A stretch of DNA of 64,000 nucleotides from a virus, in IMG/VR virus record IMGVR_UViG_3300031566_000016, positions 11,154 to 75,153 of that record; one strand, given 5' to 3'. Under the pieces are notes generated by a model. That model made no database searches and was not told the origin of the DNA. It saw nothing but the letters and a program-made list of their open reading frames with translations. A program made the translations under genes and the position numbers. The stretch's first letter is position 1. Every line of letters begins with the position of its first letter. Below are positions 17,815 through 28,099 of this stretch, in pieces.

Positions 17815-18692
17815 TTGCTTTGTACCTTCCACCATCCCACGCTGCCATCCGTCGCCAGCCCCGCGTCCGTCACCAGCAGCGTGTCCGCGACCGCGTGGTG
17901 CCCGATGCTCAGGTTCGCTGCTGCCGCCAGACGGTACTTGCGGAAGTTCGTCTGGATCGCCCCCAACCAGTTGTCCCCCACCTGTGACACCGCATACATG
18001 CACCCGTCCCCGTCTACGGCCAGTTGGTCGTAGTAGTCCCAGAAGCCCTCCGCAAACAGTTCCCCGGCCACATCCCAGTCGCCAGGGTCGCCCCCGGCTG
18101 CGACGAACGGAACCCAGCCGGCCCACAGGTGGCTCGTGGCCGATACTATCGCCGGCTGATCATCGTCATCCACCACCACCGCAATCGGCGCCGCCGTCCC
18201 GCACCCCCAAATGGTCGCCGCCACTGTCCCCGCGCGGTACGTCTCGAAGCCTGCCCCGGCCGCGCTCTTGCCACCTCCGGCCAGCCAGAGCCGCGACACC
18301 AGTTCCGCTACCTCCGGGCTCCCCACGGACACCCACGTATCCACCAGCACATCGTCGCAGTAGCACTCGGCGTAGTGGGCTCCTCCCTCATCTATCACCA
18401 TGCGGAAGCGCAACTCCACGTCCAGTGCCCCTGCCGTGAACCCCTGCACAAGCGTGCCCGCCCCGCTCGTCGTCACGGAATAGTCGGACCAGAAGAACTC
18501 CGCATCCGTCGGGCCCCAGTAGAGCAGCCCTTGTGTCGCACCGTCGCCGACCACACGGAAGTACATGATGCCGTTGACGCCGAACCACTCTCCGCCATAC
18601 CACACGGCATCGTCCAGAAGCGTCGCTTGCGCCTGAGTAGCCTTCAGGCGCAGCGTCACGTCGGCGACGGAGCAGTACCGCAGGGCAGCCAT
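17811..18692 (-). CDS. Tail protein (distal-tail position)
   Basis: First gene after tape measure; acidic, beta-rich. Confidence 0.5.
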   Translation of the reverse strand: MAALRYCSVADVTLRLKATQAQATLLDDAVWYGGEWFGVNGIMYFRVVGDGATQGLLYWGPTDAEFFWSDYSVTTSGAGTLVQGFTAGALDVELRFRMVIDEGGAHYAECYCDDVLVDTWVSVGSPEVAELVSRLWLAGGGKSAAGAGFETYRAGTVAATIWGCGTAAPIAVVVDDDDQPAIVSATSHLWAGWVPFVAAGGDPGDWDVAGELFAEGFWDYYDQLAVDGDGCMYAVSQVGDNWLGAIQTNFRKYRLAAAANLSIGHHAVADTLLVTDAGLATDGSVGWWKVQSK

Positions 18693-18695
18693 GGT

Positions 18696-21455
18696 CTACG
18701 TCAGTCCTGTCGCGGGGCCACCGACATTCTGGTAGCGCACCATGTTCTTGATCTCGCCCCGCAGCACCACGCGGATGGTCTCCTTGTCCGTGCGAGCGTC
18801 AATCTGCACCGTCTGGGTGCCACCCTGCGGGTTGTAGCCCACCGGCTCCAGCCCGGGCGGCGGAGTCAACATCGCCTGCCTGCCATCTGGCGGGGCTGGC
18901 GTGTTGTTGTTGAGGTCCTGCTTTATCCGAAGCAACTTGACCCCGCTCTGGAAAGAAAGCTGTTCGGCCATTTTCCATGCCTTTTCCAGCAGATCCATCT
19001 GCTTGTTCCACAAATCCAGTTGTCCCGCAAGCGCGTAGCCGATCCACTTGAAGTACATCCCCGCCATGGCCTGAAAGATCTCCCACTTGATCTTCATCTC
19101 CAGCAAGCCAAGCAGTTGCACCAGGAGATCGATGATGTCGATCAGCACTTGCTTCGGATGTCCCCCGAGATACTCAATCCAACCAGCCACCGCCTGCAAT
19201 ACCGACGTGACGCCGGTATCCATGACATCCGCGATCGTGTTCACCACAGCGGCCACCGTCTCCAGTACCTTCGTGATCTGCGGCCACTGGGTGATGATGA
19301 AGTTCAGCACCCGCATGATCGTCCCGAGGAACCTCATCACCGTCGGGATCATGTGGCTGCTTAGGTGTGTGCGGAAGTACTCCATGAAGAGCAGCAATAC
19401 CGCAACCCCACGGTACGCCAGCGCGATCAGCCACGGCAGCAACGCCTGCGCCGCCGCGATTAGCACCGGGATCGCATTGACGGCCGCTTGTGCGATTTCT
19501 AGGGCAATGTCCGCGAACGCATCCACCATGTCCTTCAGGAGCGGCAGCAGTTGCGGTAGACACTCAATCACGCGAAGCACGCCAGTTGTAAAAGTCACGA
19601 ACCAGCGGACGATGCTGTCCTTGTTCTGCGAGAGGAAGTCCGTCAGGAAGTTGCCCACGCCCGTCAACGCCGCCACGAGGAACGGTAGCACAACGCCCGC
19701 CACCCGCAGCAGCAACGGTATGAAGGCCTGCCCGAAGCGAACAAGCATCGGCACGATCTCCGCGAAGGCGTAGGAGAACAGCCGGGGGAGCCACTGCAGA
19801 AAGCCGATGATCGACGGCAGCACCTTCACCGCGCCCTGGAACATCTGCCAGATGGCCTGCCCGAGCGACAAGAGGATGTCTCGGATAGCCCCGATGGCCG
19901 TCGGTCCCAGATACCTCAGCAGCGCCCCGAAGCCCGCCACCAGGTTGATGAGTACGCCCTGCAGCGCCCCGATGGCCCCTGACTGCCGCGCCGTCTCGAT
20001 GAGTTCACGCAGGATGCCAACAAACCACATGAACCACTGCGCCACCGGTCCCTTGATGACCAGCGTCTCCAGGTTCTGCAGGTTGTTCTTCAGGAGTTGC
20101 CACGCCCCTGCCAGCGTGTTCAACTGGTCCGCCGCGGCCGCCGCCGCTACGCCCTGCTCGTCCAACTGTGACCGAAACAACTTTATCTGTTGGACTGAGG
20201 CTGCCATCGCCGCCATGATGCCATAGGCGCCGCGCGTGCCAAAGGCGTTGATAATCATCTGCGTGAACGCCTTCTGACCGATGCGTTGGCGTAGGGCGTC
20301 CAACTTCTCCAGCGAGGCAATCAGACTACCCGTGCGAATGACCGAAAACTCCTTGAGGTCCGCGCCAAAGGCCGCAAAGGCCTTCCTGGCATTGGGGATC
20401 TCCCGCGAGAGCGAGATCAGCGTCTGCCGGAAGTACACCCCGGCCATGCTGCCCTTCAACCCCACTTGGTAGAAGCCCTCCAGGACCGCCACAGTGTCCT
20501 TGAGCGACATGCCGAACATCGCCGCTGCCGGCCCAGCGTACTTCATAGCTTCGACGAGCTTGCTCATCTCCGCAGCCGAGTAACGCACAGCATTGAAGAG
20601 AATGTCTGAGACCTGCGCCGCATACTGCGCCGGGATCTTGAAGGCCGTCATCACTGCGGCCATCATCATCGTGGTGTTCTCGATGCCGTACAGCGTCGCA
20701 CTGGCGAGGTTGAGCGCCGCCTCGGTCAATGACTCGACTTCCTGGCGCGTGGTGTACCCGTAGGAATAGATCTGGTACATCGCATCGGCGACTTCCGACG
20801 CCATGTACCGCATCCGTGAGGACATCTCGATCGCGAACCGTTCGACCTCAGTGCGCGACGCCATCGCTGCTGCGCCGAACTGCCCAAGCACCGTCGCCGT
20901 GTTCGCCGCCGACTGCTGCAACTCCGCATAGGCGGCCACACCAGTCCGCACCATCCCCGCCAGCGCCTCGGCCCCGCGCCTCGCCCAGTAGACGGTCTGC
21001 TCCCCCAGCCACTGCACGGCCTTCCCCGTGTAGCTGAAGATGGTTTGCCCCAGGCGCACATACAACCCCATGAGCCACAGCGCGCCGCGCACTCCCGCCT
21101 GTGCCATGGCGAGCAGCGCATCCTGCACCCGCTGGGCGATGGCCCACAAGTCCTTCAACGCGCCTTCCACGGACTTGTAGCCGACATACAAGAGGGCCAC
21201 GGCCCCCACGATGCCCATGATCCCCGGAACACTCATCCCCGCCGGCAGCAGATTCCCCAAAGACAAAAGCGAGCGCCGCAGTGCAAACATCCCTGCGATG
21301 CCCGCTACGTTGCCCAAGCCCGGGATGACGTTCTCCCCACCGCCACCCGTGGAACCACCAGCCGTGGCCCCGCCTCCGCCCCCAGTTCCCCCAGCGGGCA
21401 GGCCGGTGATGCTTCCGACATTGATGTCGATGTCTAGCTGTGCCCGGCGTGCCAC
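18696..21455 (-). CDS. Tail tape measure protein
   Basis: EAMKYAGPAAAMFGMSL...GLKGSMAG TP901-type core; long amphipathic helical repeats. Confidence 0.93.
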   Translation of the reverse strand: MARRAQLDIDINVGSITGLPAGGTGGGGGATAGGSTGGGGENVIPGLGNVAGIAGMFALRRSLLSLGNLLPAGMSVPGIMGIVGAVALLYVGYKSVEGALKDLWAIAQRVQDALLAMAQAGVRGALWLMGLYVRLGQTIFSYTGKAVQWLGEQTVYWARRGAEALAGMVRTGVAAYAELQQSAANTATVLGQFGAAAMASRTEVERFAIEMSSRMRYMASEVADAMYQIYSYGYTTRQEVESLTEAALNLASATLYGIENTTMMMAAVMTAFKIPAQYAAQVSDILFNAVRYSAAEMSKLVEAMKYAGPAAAMFGMSLKDTVAVLEGFYQVGLKGSMAGVYFRQTLISLSREIPNARKAFAAFGADLKEFSVIRTGSLIASLEKLDALRQRIGQKAFTQMIINAFGTRGAYGIMAAMAASVQQIKLFRSQLDEQGVAAAAAADQLNTLAGAWQLLKNNLQNLETLVIKGPVAQWFMWFVGILRELIETARQSGAIGALQGVLINLVAGFGALLRYLGPTAIGAIRDILLSLGQAIWQMFQGAVKVLPSIIGFLQWLPRLFSYAFAEIVPMLVRFGQAFIPLLLRVAGVVLPFLVAALTGVGNFLTDFLSQNKDSIVRWFVTFTTGVLRVIECLPQLLPLLKDMVDAFADIALEIAQAAVNAIPVLIAAAQALLPWLIALAYRGVAVLLLFMEYFRTHLSSHMIPTVMRFLGTIMRVLNFIITQWPQITKVLETVAAVVNTIADVMDTGVTSVLQAVAGWIEYLGGHPKQVLIDIIDLLVQLLGLLEMKIKWEIFQAMAGMYFKWIGYALAGQLDLWNKQMDLLEKAWKMAEQLSFQSGVKLLRIKQDLNNNTPAPPDGRQAMLTPPPGLEPVGYNPQGGTQTVQIDARTDKETIRVVLRGEIKNMVRYQNVGGPATGLT

Positions 21456-21939
21456 GCTGCTGCTTCCTCCTCCGTCAGGTCCCGCGCCTCCCCCTCGTCC
21501 GACTTCACCCCGCCGCCGTTCTGCACCACCATCTCCCGCATCCGCACGGCCTCACACGCCAACAACAGCAGGGAAGCCCGATACTGGTTCTGCTCCCGCA
21601 GCGGCCGGCCGTCCGCGAACTGCCCCATCACCACCTGCCACCGCGCCTCGTAGAAGAGTTCGTCGAGCACCCGCGCCACCCAACTCTCCCACGCGCCCGC
21701 CGCCTCCTGCTCGACGATCTCGGCGGTCTCTTCCCGCCACTGCTTCTCCCGCTGCTTTGATCCAACCCGGAACGCCGCGATCTCTTCCTTGGTGCTCTTG
21801 TAGGTCAGCGGCTTCGGCGGTACGGCTACTCCGGCCTGCCGCACCACCTCGCCGGCCTCATCCCCGGCTGCTTTCCAGACCTGCGCCCACGGGTCCCACT
21901 TGCCGGTTCGGATGAACCGTTCGGCGCAGGCCCTCAGCC
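21434..21939 (-). CDS. Tail assembly chaperone gpT-like extension (-1 frameshift product)
   Basis: Open -1 frame from slippery site: RLRACAERFIRTGKWDPW... continuous with ORF 21434..21847. Confidence 0.8.
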
Positions 21940-22506
21940 GTTTCCCAATGCCTTGAACTGCTTGTCGAACTGCTCATCCCGGCCGTCGCGCGCCGCCACG
22001 TAGTCCATGAAGGCAGTCCACAGGATGCGCAGCCCCTTGCTCTTGGGCAGCATCAGCTTGTCCAGCACGGCCTCGTTCGCCTTGTTGTGACCATCCTTCG
22101 ATGGATCATACGAGACGGGTTCGTTCGTGGGTCCCATGGGCAGGCAGAACCCCGTCGTCTGGGCCCACCAACGCAGTCGGAAAAGCTGGTCGGCGTTCAG
22201 GTTCGCCTGCGGAACGAACTGCTGGCCACCCTTGCCCCGCACGGCGCCGCCCATCCGCTGCCACTTGTCAGTGATCGCCCCGTCGCTCTTGGGCGCTTGC
22301 GTTTCGATGTAGAACTGCCCGCTGTACTCCTCGTTGACCACATTCAGCGGCAGTCGCACCGGGCCATCGTCCCCCATCGCCAGCGTCAGCGACAGCGCCG
22401 GCTCCTCCGGCTCCTGCTCATCTGCGGCTTCCTCGATCTCGTCCACCAATGCCATCTCGTCCAACTCGCTCATCGTCACCATCTCCTTGTCTATGTCCGG
22501 GCTCAT
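21934..22506 (-). CDS. Tail assembly chaperone gpG-like
   Basis: Between tail tube and tape measure; ends ALGNG over slippery site; start may be 22473. Confidence 0.8.
   Translation of the reverse strand: MSPDIDKEMVTMSELDEMALVDEIEEAADEQEPEEPALSLTLAMGDDGPVRLPLNVVNEEYSGQFYIETQAPKSDGAITDKWQRMGGAVRGKGGQQFVPQANLNADQLFRLRWWAQTTGFCLPMGPTNEPVSYDPSKDGHNKANEAVLDKLMLPKSKGLRILWTAFMDYVAARDGRDEQFDKQFKALGNG
21940..21946 (-). other. Programmed -1 frameshift heptamer G GGA AAC
   Basis: X XXY YYZ in correct phase, one codon before chaperone stop. Confidence 0.85.
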
Positions 22507-22796
22507 GCCCGTGGTCGCACCAGATCCATCATGCCCTTCACAATGCGGAACCCGTCCTGATAGTCGCCATAGTCGCCCTCAATCCCATGCAGCCCCAACC
22601 CCACGCGCGCGACCCATGCCTCCACCTCGTCCTGCACCTCCGGCTCGCACTCCACATAGAACGTGACGTGCCGCCGAGCATCCACCTCCGCCCGCAACCC
22701 CTCCCGCCGCACAAGCCCCTTCGCCAACAATACCGCCACGGCGGTCACCTGATGGACCTCTACCGTGGCGGCGGAAACAGCGTTTTCAGTTGACAT
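22503..22796 (-). CDS. Small hypothetical protein (possible winged-helix)
   Basis: AGGAG RBS; AVLLAKG...VTFYVE pattern. Confidence 0.5.
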   Translation of the reverse strand: MSTENAVSAATVEVHQVTAVAVLLAKGLVRREGLRAEVDARRHVTFYVECEPEVQDEVEAWVARVGLGLHGIEGDYGDYQDGFRIVKGMMDLVRPRA

Positions 22797-22836
22797 CTCC
22801 TGTTCGCTCCCTCGGGGAGTGATACACACCGACTTC

Positions 22837-23814
22837 CTAGCTGGCCGCCGCCTCCGACGGCAGGCACGCCGGGAGTGTGATGTCATCCAGCGGACACAAC
22901 GCCTGGAAGGCAATGCCCTCCTGCTTCACGAACCCGCCAGTCCCCGGCTTCAGCGGCGCAGCGGTGTACTTGATCCGCGGCATGTCGAAGGTCGCCGCGT
23001 CACCCGCCGGTCGCGTCAGCACCACCCGATACGCGCCCTCTGTCCCGAGCAGAAACGCTGACCGCAGCGCCGAAGACGTGAACCACTGATCGAATGTCAC
23101 CGTCCAGTTGCTCCACTCGCGGTTCGGGTTGTCGTAGATCGTCGTGACCCCGGCCAGCGAGGGCACTTCCTCCAGCATGTTGTCGAAGTTGAGCGTGTGG
23201 TTCTTCGTCACCAGCGTTGCCGCCAGAACCCCACCCACCGTCGGGGCGATGCTGAAGGCCGCTTCGGCGAAGCCATACGGCGTCAGACTGCCGTCTACGA
23301 AGGTCAGGTCCAGGTCCCCGCCCGTCGGCCACGCCCCATCCGTCGTCGGCAGCGCCGACCCCTGCAGGTCCAATTCCGCCTGCACATAGTCGATCCCCGC
23401 ATCCAACTTGATCGACCCGGACTTCACCTTCACGTCCATGTACTGCTCGACCCACTCGTTGCTCTGCCCAAGGTTGATGACCTTGATGATCGTGGCGTAG
23501 TACCCCTGGTAGTTGCCGGTACCGTCATACCGGCCCCACAGCCAGTTGTACAGGTCGCCCGCGCCCACCCACCCGGGCGACAGTGGCAGCACGATCTTCC
23601 CTTCGATCTTGTTTCCCCGGTTCGCGTACAACGAGAGCCCGCGATACCCGCCGCCAGACTGGAAGAAGTTGTAGTCGGGCGACACGTCAATGTCGCAGTC
23701 TTCCTTCGTCGGGATCTCGACAAACGACGTGGCCACGGCGCCCTTATTGGTCTGGAGGCCGAAACAGATGCGGGCTTCCTTGTGGGAAGCCCAGATGGGT
23801 CCGTTGTATGCCAT
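22837..23814 (-). CDS. Major tail tube protein
   Basis: Position; FGLQTNKG N-terminus; TFDMPRIKY...IAFQAL C-terminus; GGAGGT RBS. Confidence 0.8.
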   Translation of the reverse strand: MAYNGPIWASHKEARICFGLQTNKGAVATSFVEIPTKEDCDIDVSPDYNFFQSGGGYRGLSLYANRGNKIEGKIVLPLSPGWVGAGDLYNWLWGRYDGTGNYQGYYATIIKVINLGQSNEWVEQYMDVKVKSGSIKLDAGIDYVQAELDLQGSALPTTDGAWPTGGDLDLTFVDGSLTPYGFAEAAFSIAPTVGGVLAATLVTKNHTLNFDNMLEEVPSLAGVTTIYDNPNREWSNWTVTFDQWFTSSALRSAFLLGTEGAYRVVLTRPAGDAATFDMPRIKYTAAPLKPGTGGFVKQEGIAFQALCPLDDITLPACLPSEAAAS

Positions 23815-23849
23815 GGGACTTCGACCTCCCGTGATTGCTGTCTGGTCTG

Positions 23850-24404
23850 CTACACGACTGCCGGGTCGAGCGTCGCCGAACCTATCACAGCCTGCGCCGT
23901 CACCGTCGCCGCCACCGTCCCCGCCCAATACGTCGCCGACGCTTCGCCGTACATGTCCGTCGCCGGCTGCCCTGTCTCGGGCGCGCAACTCATCCGCCGA
24001 CCTGCATCATCCAGGTGCCAGTATGTTCGTAGACATGCTTGAACCCCATCGCGCCAGACGTTCATCGCCTCGCGCATGTCCTCGGCCTTCCGCCCCTTCA
24101 GCCAGATCCAGATGTCAAAGTTGTAGACATCCTGCGTGTACCCGGCGAGGATCGTGCCATCCACCTGTATCCCGCCCCCACAGTCCTCATCGTTGTTCTC
24201 GGTGCTGCGGCTCTCGTCGATCCAGATGCCGGGGCACTGCGCCGGCATCGCCAACAGTCCGTTCTCCAGGTGATACTGCTCATCCAGCAGCGCCGTTTCA
24301 TCGGGCAGGAAGCGCCGGTCGCCCTCGTCATCGTTCTCGAACAGGTGGGCCAGGAGGGTGTCGCGGATCGCCTCGGCCACGGCGTTGCTCTTCGAGCTGC
24401 TCAT
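23850..24404 (-). CDS. Tail terminator-like protein
   Basis: Acidic 184 aa directly upstream of tail tube; CPGIWI. Confidence 0.55.
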   Translation of the reverse strand: MSSSKSNAVAEAIRDTLLAHLFENDDEGDRRFLPDETALLDEQYHLENGLLAMPAQCPGIWIDESRSTENNDEDCGGGIQVDGTILAGYTQDVYNFDIWIWLKGRKAEDMREAMNVWRDGVQACLRTYWHLDDAGRRMSCAPETGQPATDMYGEASATYWAGTVAATVTAQAVIGSATLDPAVV

Positions 24405-25120
24405 GGCTCCACCGTGCCCGTGATGTGATCGAGGGCGATGTCTTCGATCCGCTCAAGGTTCGCTTCGGTCACACGGAAAATCTCGCGCGGCTCCATCGGG
24501 TAGTAGTTCTCGCGGCCATCGTTGAGGACGCCGCCGAGGTCCGCGCCGCGCGTCCGGTCCCGCCCCGACCGCGGGCGCCCCGGAACACCAAAGAAGTCGT
24601 TGTAGTTGGTGCCGAAACTCAGGGTGCGTCGAGTCCGACGCTGGTAGGCCGTATCGCTCACGCCGGTCAACTGCCGCCTGAGTTTTCCGGTCAACTCCAT
24701 GATCTTGCGGCCGGGGTAGTTGATGGCCTTCCATTGCGCGTAGCTCGGGAAGTAGGTCATCCACACCCTGCGCCCTCCGCTCAAACGCAATTGACGAGTG
24801 ATATTCCACCCTGCGAATGAAGGATTGGCCGCCTGCATCGGACTCGGACCAGATACGGCAAAGCCCCGCGTCACCTTGCCGTGGAACCTGATTGGACGCC
24901 GCGAGTTATCTTTCCATCGCGGCTCCCCGTCCACAGCGCCTTCCTTCTCGAACACCTCAGCCATGTTGTCGTATAGAATGGGTAGCACTCTCGGCCAGAT
25001 CGGCCGGAAGTCCCGCGCGCGCCGCTTGCACTCCCGCAGGTACTCACGCAGGGCCAGCCGCGCCCACGTCGCGGGGTTCCGGCTGATCGTGTTGATGCTG
25101 TAGTGGGGCACGGCTACCAC
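24401..25120 (-). CDS. Virion morphogenesis protein (Mu gpG-like)
   Basis: Basic; FEKEG...W...MELTGKLRRQL...FGTN...MEPREIF. Confidence 0.7.
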   Translation of the reverse strand: MVAVPHYSINTISRNPATWARLALREYLRECKRRARDFRPIWPRVLPILYDNMAEVFEKEGAVDGEPRWKDNSRRPIRFHGKVTRGFAVSGPSPMQAANPSFAGWNITRQLRLSGGRRVWMTYFPSYAQWKAINYPGRKIMELTGKLRRQLTGVSDTAYQRRTRRTLSFGTNYNDFFGVPGRPRSGRDRTRGADLGGVLNDGRENYYPMEPREIFRVTEANLERIEDIALDHITGTVEP

Positions 25121-25578
25121 GTCTCCTGTGTCGCGGGGTCCGCTCCGACCGCGACCACCGTTAGCCCCGCGAACTGTGGGATCGTCACCACGGGGTTCGT
25201 CGGCGTCTCCGCGTCCGGCGCCTTGTGGGCTGTCTTCATCATCTGTGCCATGATCTTGTCGGCCCGAGACTCCAGGTAGTCGTCATACCACTTGGTGCGC
25301 TCGTCGCGCTGTACCTGGTTGCGGCTCTTGAGCAGGAGCGCCGCCGCCCGCATCGCGCACACATCGGTCGCCTGCGCGTACAACTCCGGGCTGACATCAT
25401 TGTCGATCGGGACCTTCACGTACCCACGAACATCGTTCTCGAAGTCCTTCTCGGCCAGACCCTCGAAGGTCTGCAACACCTTCGGGTCCGTCGGGCCCAC
25501 GTCAAAGGTCTCGCCGGGGTTGAGTACCGCCGCCTGGTCGAGCCAGTACTTCACATCCTGCCAGGTCGCATACGCCAC
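25114..25578 (-). CDS. Head-tail adaptor
   Basis: YATWQDV N-terminus; position after capsid genes. Confidence 0.65.
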   Translation of the reverse strand: MAYATWQDVKYWLDQAAVLNPGETFDVGPTDPKVLQTFEGLAEKDFENDVRGYVKVPIDNDVSPELYAQATDVCAMRAAALLLKSRNQVQRDERTKWYDDYLESRADKIMAQMMKTAHKAPDAETPTNPVVTIPQFAGLTVVAVGADPATQETW

Positions 25579-25584
25579 GGGCGG

Positions 25585-26133
25585 CTACTCCTCTCCGAGT
25601 TCCTCTTCCGCTGGCAACGCCGCCACAGGTTCCGCAACCGGCGTCTCTTCCTGTGCAGCCGGGCGCCGCCGCTGCGGTTCCGGCTGGGGTTCCAGGATGC
25701 TCAGGTCCGGCGGCTCGACGTTCCGGCCACCCTTGGGCACCGGCTCCCGATCCAGCACATCTGGTGTCCGCCGCACATGCTCCTTCTGGTACGCTGCCAG
25801 CATCGCCGCGAGGTTCAGCGGCTTCTCCGTCAGCGCCGCGCAACTCTTCAGCTTGCGCACGTAGGCCAGCAACTTGTTGAAGAAGTCAATCGCGTGCTGC
25901 GTATGCTCGCGCTTGAAGGCCTGCCGCGTGAACGACAACTTCTCCTCGCTCCGGTCGCGGTGGCTCTCAGCCCAGTGGATCAGTTCCTCTTTGGTGCGCA
26001 ACTTCACCAGGTGAGGCTGACCCCGCAGGCCATTCACCATGTCTTCCCAGAACGCGATGAAGGGCCGAGTGTCCTCGGCCTCATCAACCTGCTGCTGTAC
26101 TTGCTTGTTTCGCACGTCCGCGGCCGTCATCAT
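25585..26133 (-). CDS. Hypothetical protein
   Basis: ORF in head operon with RBS; disordered acidic tail. Confidence 0.6.
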   Translation of the reverse strand: MMTAADVRNKQVQQQVDEAEDTRPFIAFWEDMVNGLRGQPHLVKLRTKEELIHWAESHRDRSEEKLSFTRQAFKREHTQHAIDFFNKLLAYVRKLKSCAALTEKPLNLAAMLAAYQKEHVRRTPDVLDREPVPKGGRNVEPPDLSILEPQPEPQRRRPAAQEETPVAEPVAALPAEEELGEE

Positions 26134-26150
26134 GTTCCTGCTCCGTGTCG

Positions 26151-26534
26151 TTAGAGTTTGGCTACGCCAGTCAGCGACACCACGGCGGTTCCGGCCCCTC
26201 CGCCGGCCATGGTGATGCGGACATAGGGCGCCTCGGCTGCGAGCTGCATGATCGCCTTGCGAACGGTGACGCCATTGGCGGCCACGCTCACACTGGCGAC
26301 CAATGCGCCTGTGGAAGCACCGGTGAGGTCAACTACCGGCACGGTGAACCACGTATCGCCATCCTCCGACACCTCGGCAGAGAAGACGACCGCGGCGTTG
26401 GCCTGGCCCACGATCTCGGCAAAGAGTGTGAACCGCTCATAGCCGACAATGTGGCCCAGGCCAACTACGGTACTGGCGCCGCCGACGGCGGCGACTGCTT
26501 GGTCAAGGGACTGTTGGATGTCGAATGGTTCCAC
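26151..26534 (-). CDS. Small beta-sandwich head-associated protein
   Basis: EVSEDGDTWF...PYVRI jelly-roll-like pattern; follows capsid. Confidence 0.55.
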   Translation of the reverse strand: MEPFDIQQSLDQAVAAVGGASTVVGLGHIVGYERFTLFAEIVGQANAAVVFSAEVSEDGDTWFTVPVVDLTGASTGALVASVSVAANGVTVRKAIMQLAAEAPYVRITMAGGGAGTAVVSLTGVAKL

Positions 26535-26549
26535 GAGTCAGGCCCCTTC

Positions 26550-27590
26550 TTAGACGCTGATGTCGAGGATGCCGCTCGGCGCCGTATAGGCGTCGCCATC
26601 CACGGCCCCGTCCAACTGCACAGCCACGCCCTGCCCGGGACTCTGGATCGTCGGCGCGCCGTAGCGCGTCGCCGTGCCCCACCACTTGTACTGGCTGTTG
26701 GGGATGGGCACTTCCTGCGTGAAGAGCAGGTCCACGGTCTCGGGCCGGTTCTCGGGCTTCCAGACCATCGGCTTCTCTTCGCCCAGGGCCATGTAGAGGG
26801 CATACCCGATGGGCACCCAGTCGGTCAGCAGCGTCGGCACGCCCGACAGCGGCATACCAGGCTGGAAGCCGTACTTGATGAGGGCCTCGATGAACGGCAT
26901 GGTCTGGTAGTAGTTCGTGGCCGAGATGGTCCCGAACTCCTGCTCGAAGAGCGTGCCCGTCGCGCTGTTGGTGAAGCACACCACGCTGCCGCCGGCATAG
27001 CCGTGGTGAGCGATGTGCCACTTGGCGAAGGACGACACCTCGGGCGTCAGGTTGCCGCTGTTGGCGAAGACCACGTAGTGATCGTGGGCCGAGGTGAACG
27101 TGTTGGCCCCCTCCGGCGGGGGCGTCAGGTCGGCATCATAGAAGCCGGCCGGCGTGAGGGCCGTGCCCATGATGAACTGCTCACACCAGATCTGGTCCGC
27201 CACCAGCGGCGCCATGGTCTGCTGCTGCAGCTTCGCGGCGCTCATCCCATGGTAGAAGGCGTCCTGCGTGACCGCAGTGCCCGCCTGGAACTTGCGCGGT
27301 GGGTTGATGTCCAGCATGTAGCGCGGCGTGTGCTGCGGGTTGGGCGCGGCCATGTCGCGGCCGACTTCCTGCATCCGCACGCCGGAGGTCGCTACCTCGA
27401 TCTGCGAGTCGAACGTGATCTCACAGAACATCTGCAGAAACTGCCGTGTCCAGGCCTTCCGCAGTTCAATCGACTCCTTGAACTTGATGATCTGCGGGTA
27501 GTCTGGCACATACTCGGACGTGAACGCCCCGTAGTTCGGCGCAACGCCGTAACTCGTGACATCCATCGGGGGCACCACTGCATCGGGCAT
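26550..27590 (-). CDS. Major capsid protein
   Basis: 346 aa after protease and cement genes; strong RBS; highly biased codons; LSGVPTLLTDWVP. Confidence 0.8.
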   Translation of the reverse strand: MPDAVVPPMDVTSYGVAPNYGAFTSEYVPDYPQIIKFKESIELRKAWTRQFLQMFCEITFDSQIEVATSGVRMQEVGRDMAAPNPQHTPRYMLDINPPRKFQAGTAVTQDAFYHGMSAAKLQQQTMAPLVADQIWCEQFIMGTALTPAGFYDADLTPPPEGANTFTSAHDHYVVFANSGNLTPEVSSFAKWHIAHHGYAGGSVVCFTNSATGTLFEQEFGTISATNYYQTMPFIEALIKYGFQPGMPLSGVPTLLTDWVPIGYALYMALGEEKPMVWKPENRPETVDLLFTQEVPIPNSQYKWWGTATRYGAPTIQSPGQGVAVQLDGAVDGDAYTAPSGILDISV

Positions 27591-27627
27591 GATCTTCCTC
27601 CTTCAAAGGCTGCCGAGTTGACGGCTG

Positions 27628-28056
27628 CTACGAGTTGGTCACGTGGGCGTCAGCCACACTCAGGTCCGGGTCGAAGTAGATCTCGTCGTCGGCAACGTAG
27701 GACCGGCCCACGAGTTGAGTCGTGTCACCGGCGGTGTTGCCGAAGGTGCCAGGCGTGTTGCTGATGTAGACCCTGCTAGGCGCGGTCAGGTCGGTCAGGC
27801 CGCGGATCGTCCCGCGGTTGACGAACGTGCCCATGTCGCCATTGGCCAGCCGGCGCGTCGCGACGCCGACACAGGGCAACTGTTCGCTGCCACTGGCCGC
27901 GCAGGCCAGTACCATGTGCCCTTCCGTGTTGATCGCGATGGCCTGGCCCTTCTCGATGGCGAAGGTCTCGCCGGTGCCGCCGGCGTCGCTATCCGTCTGG
28001 TCGTCCCCCTCCGCCACTTCCGCCGAGAAGACATTGTTGTCATCCGTGTATGCCAT
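27628..28056 (-). CDS. Capsid cement/decoration protein
   Basis: AIEKGQAI...CVGVA...VYISNTPG...QLVG pattern; between protease and capsid. Confidence 0.7.
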   Translation of the reverse strand: MAYTDDNNVFSAEVAEGDDQTDSDAGGTGETFAIEKGQAIAINTEGHMVLACAASGSEQLPCVGVATRRLANGDMGTFVNRGTIRGLTDLTAPSRVYISNTPGTFGNTAGDTTQLVGRSYVADDEIYFDPDLSVADAHVTNS

Positions 28057-28099
28057 GTCTGTAAACTCCTCTCCGGGCCCATGGCCCGCGGTCGTTGGG

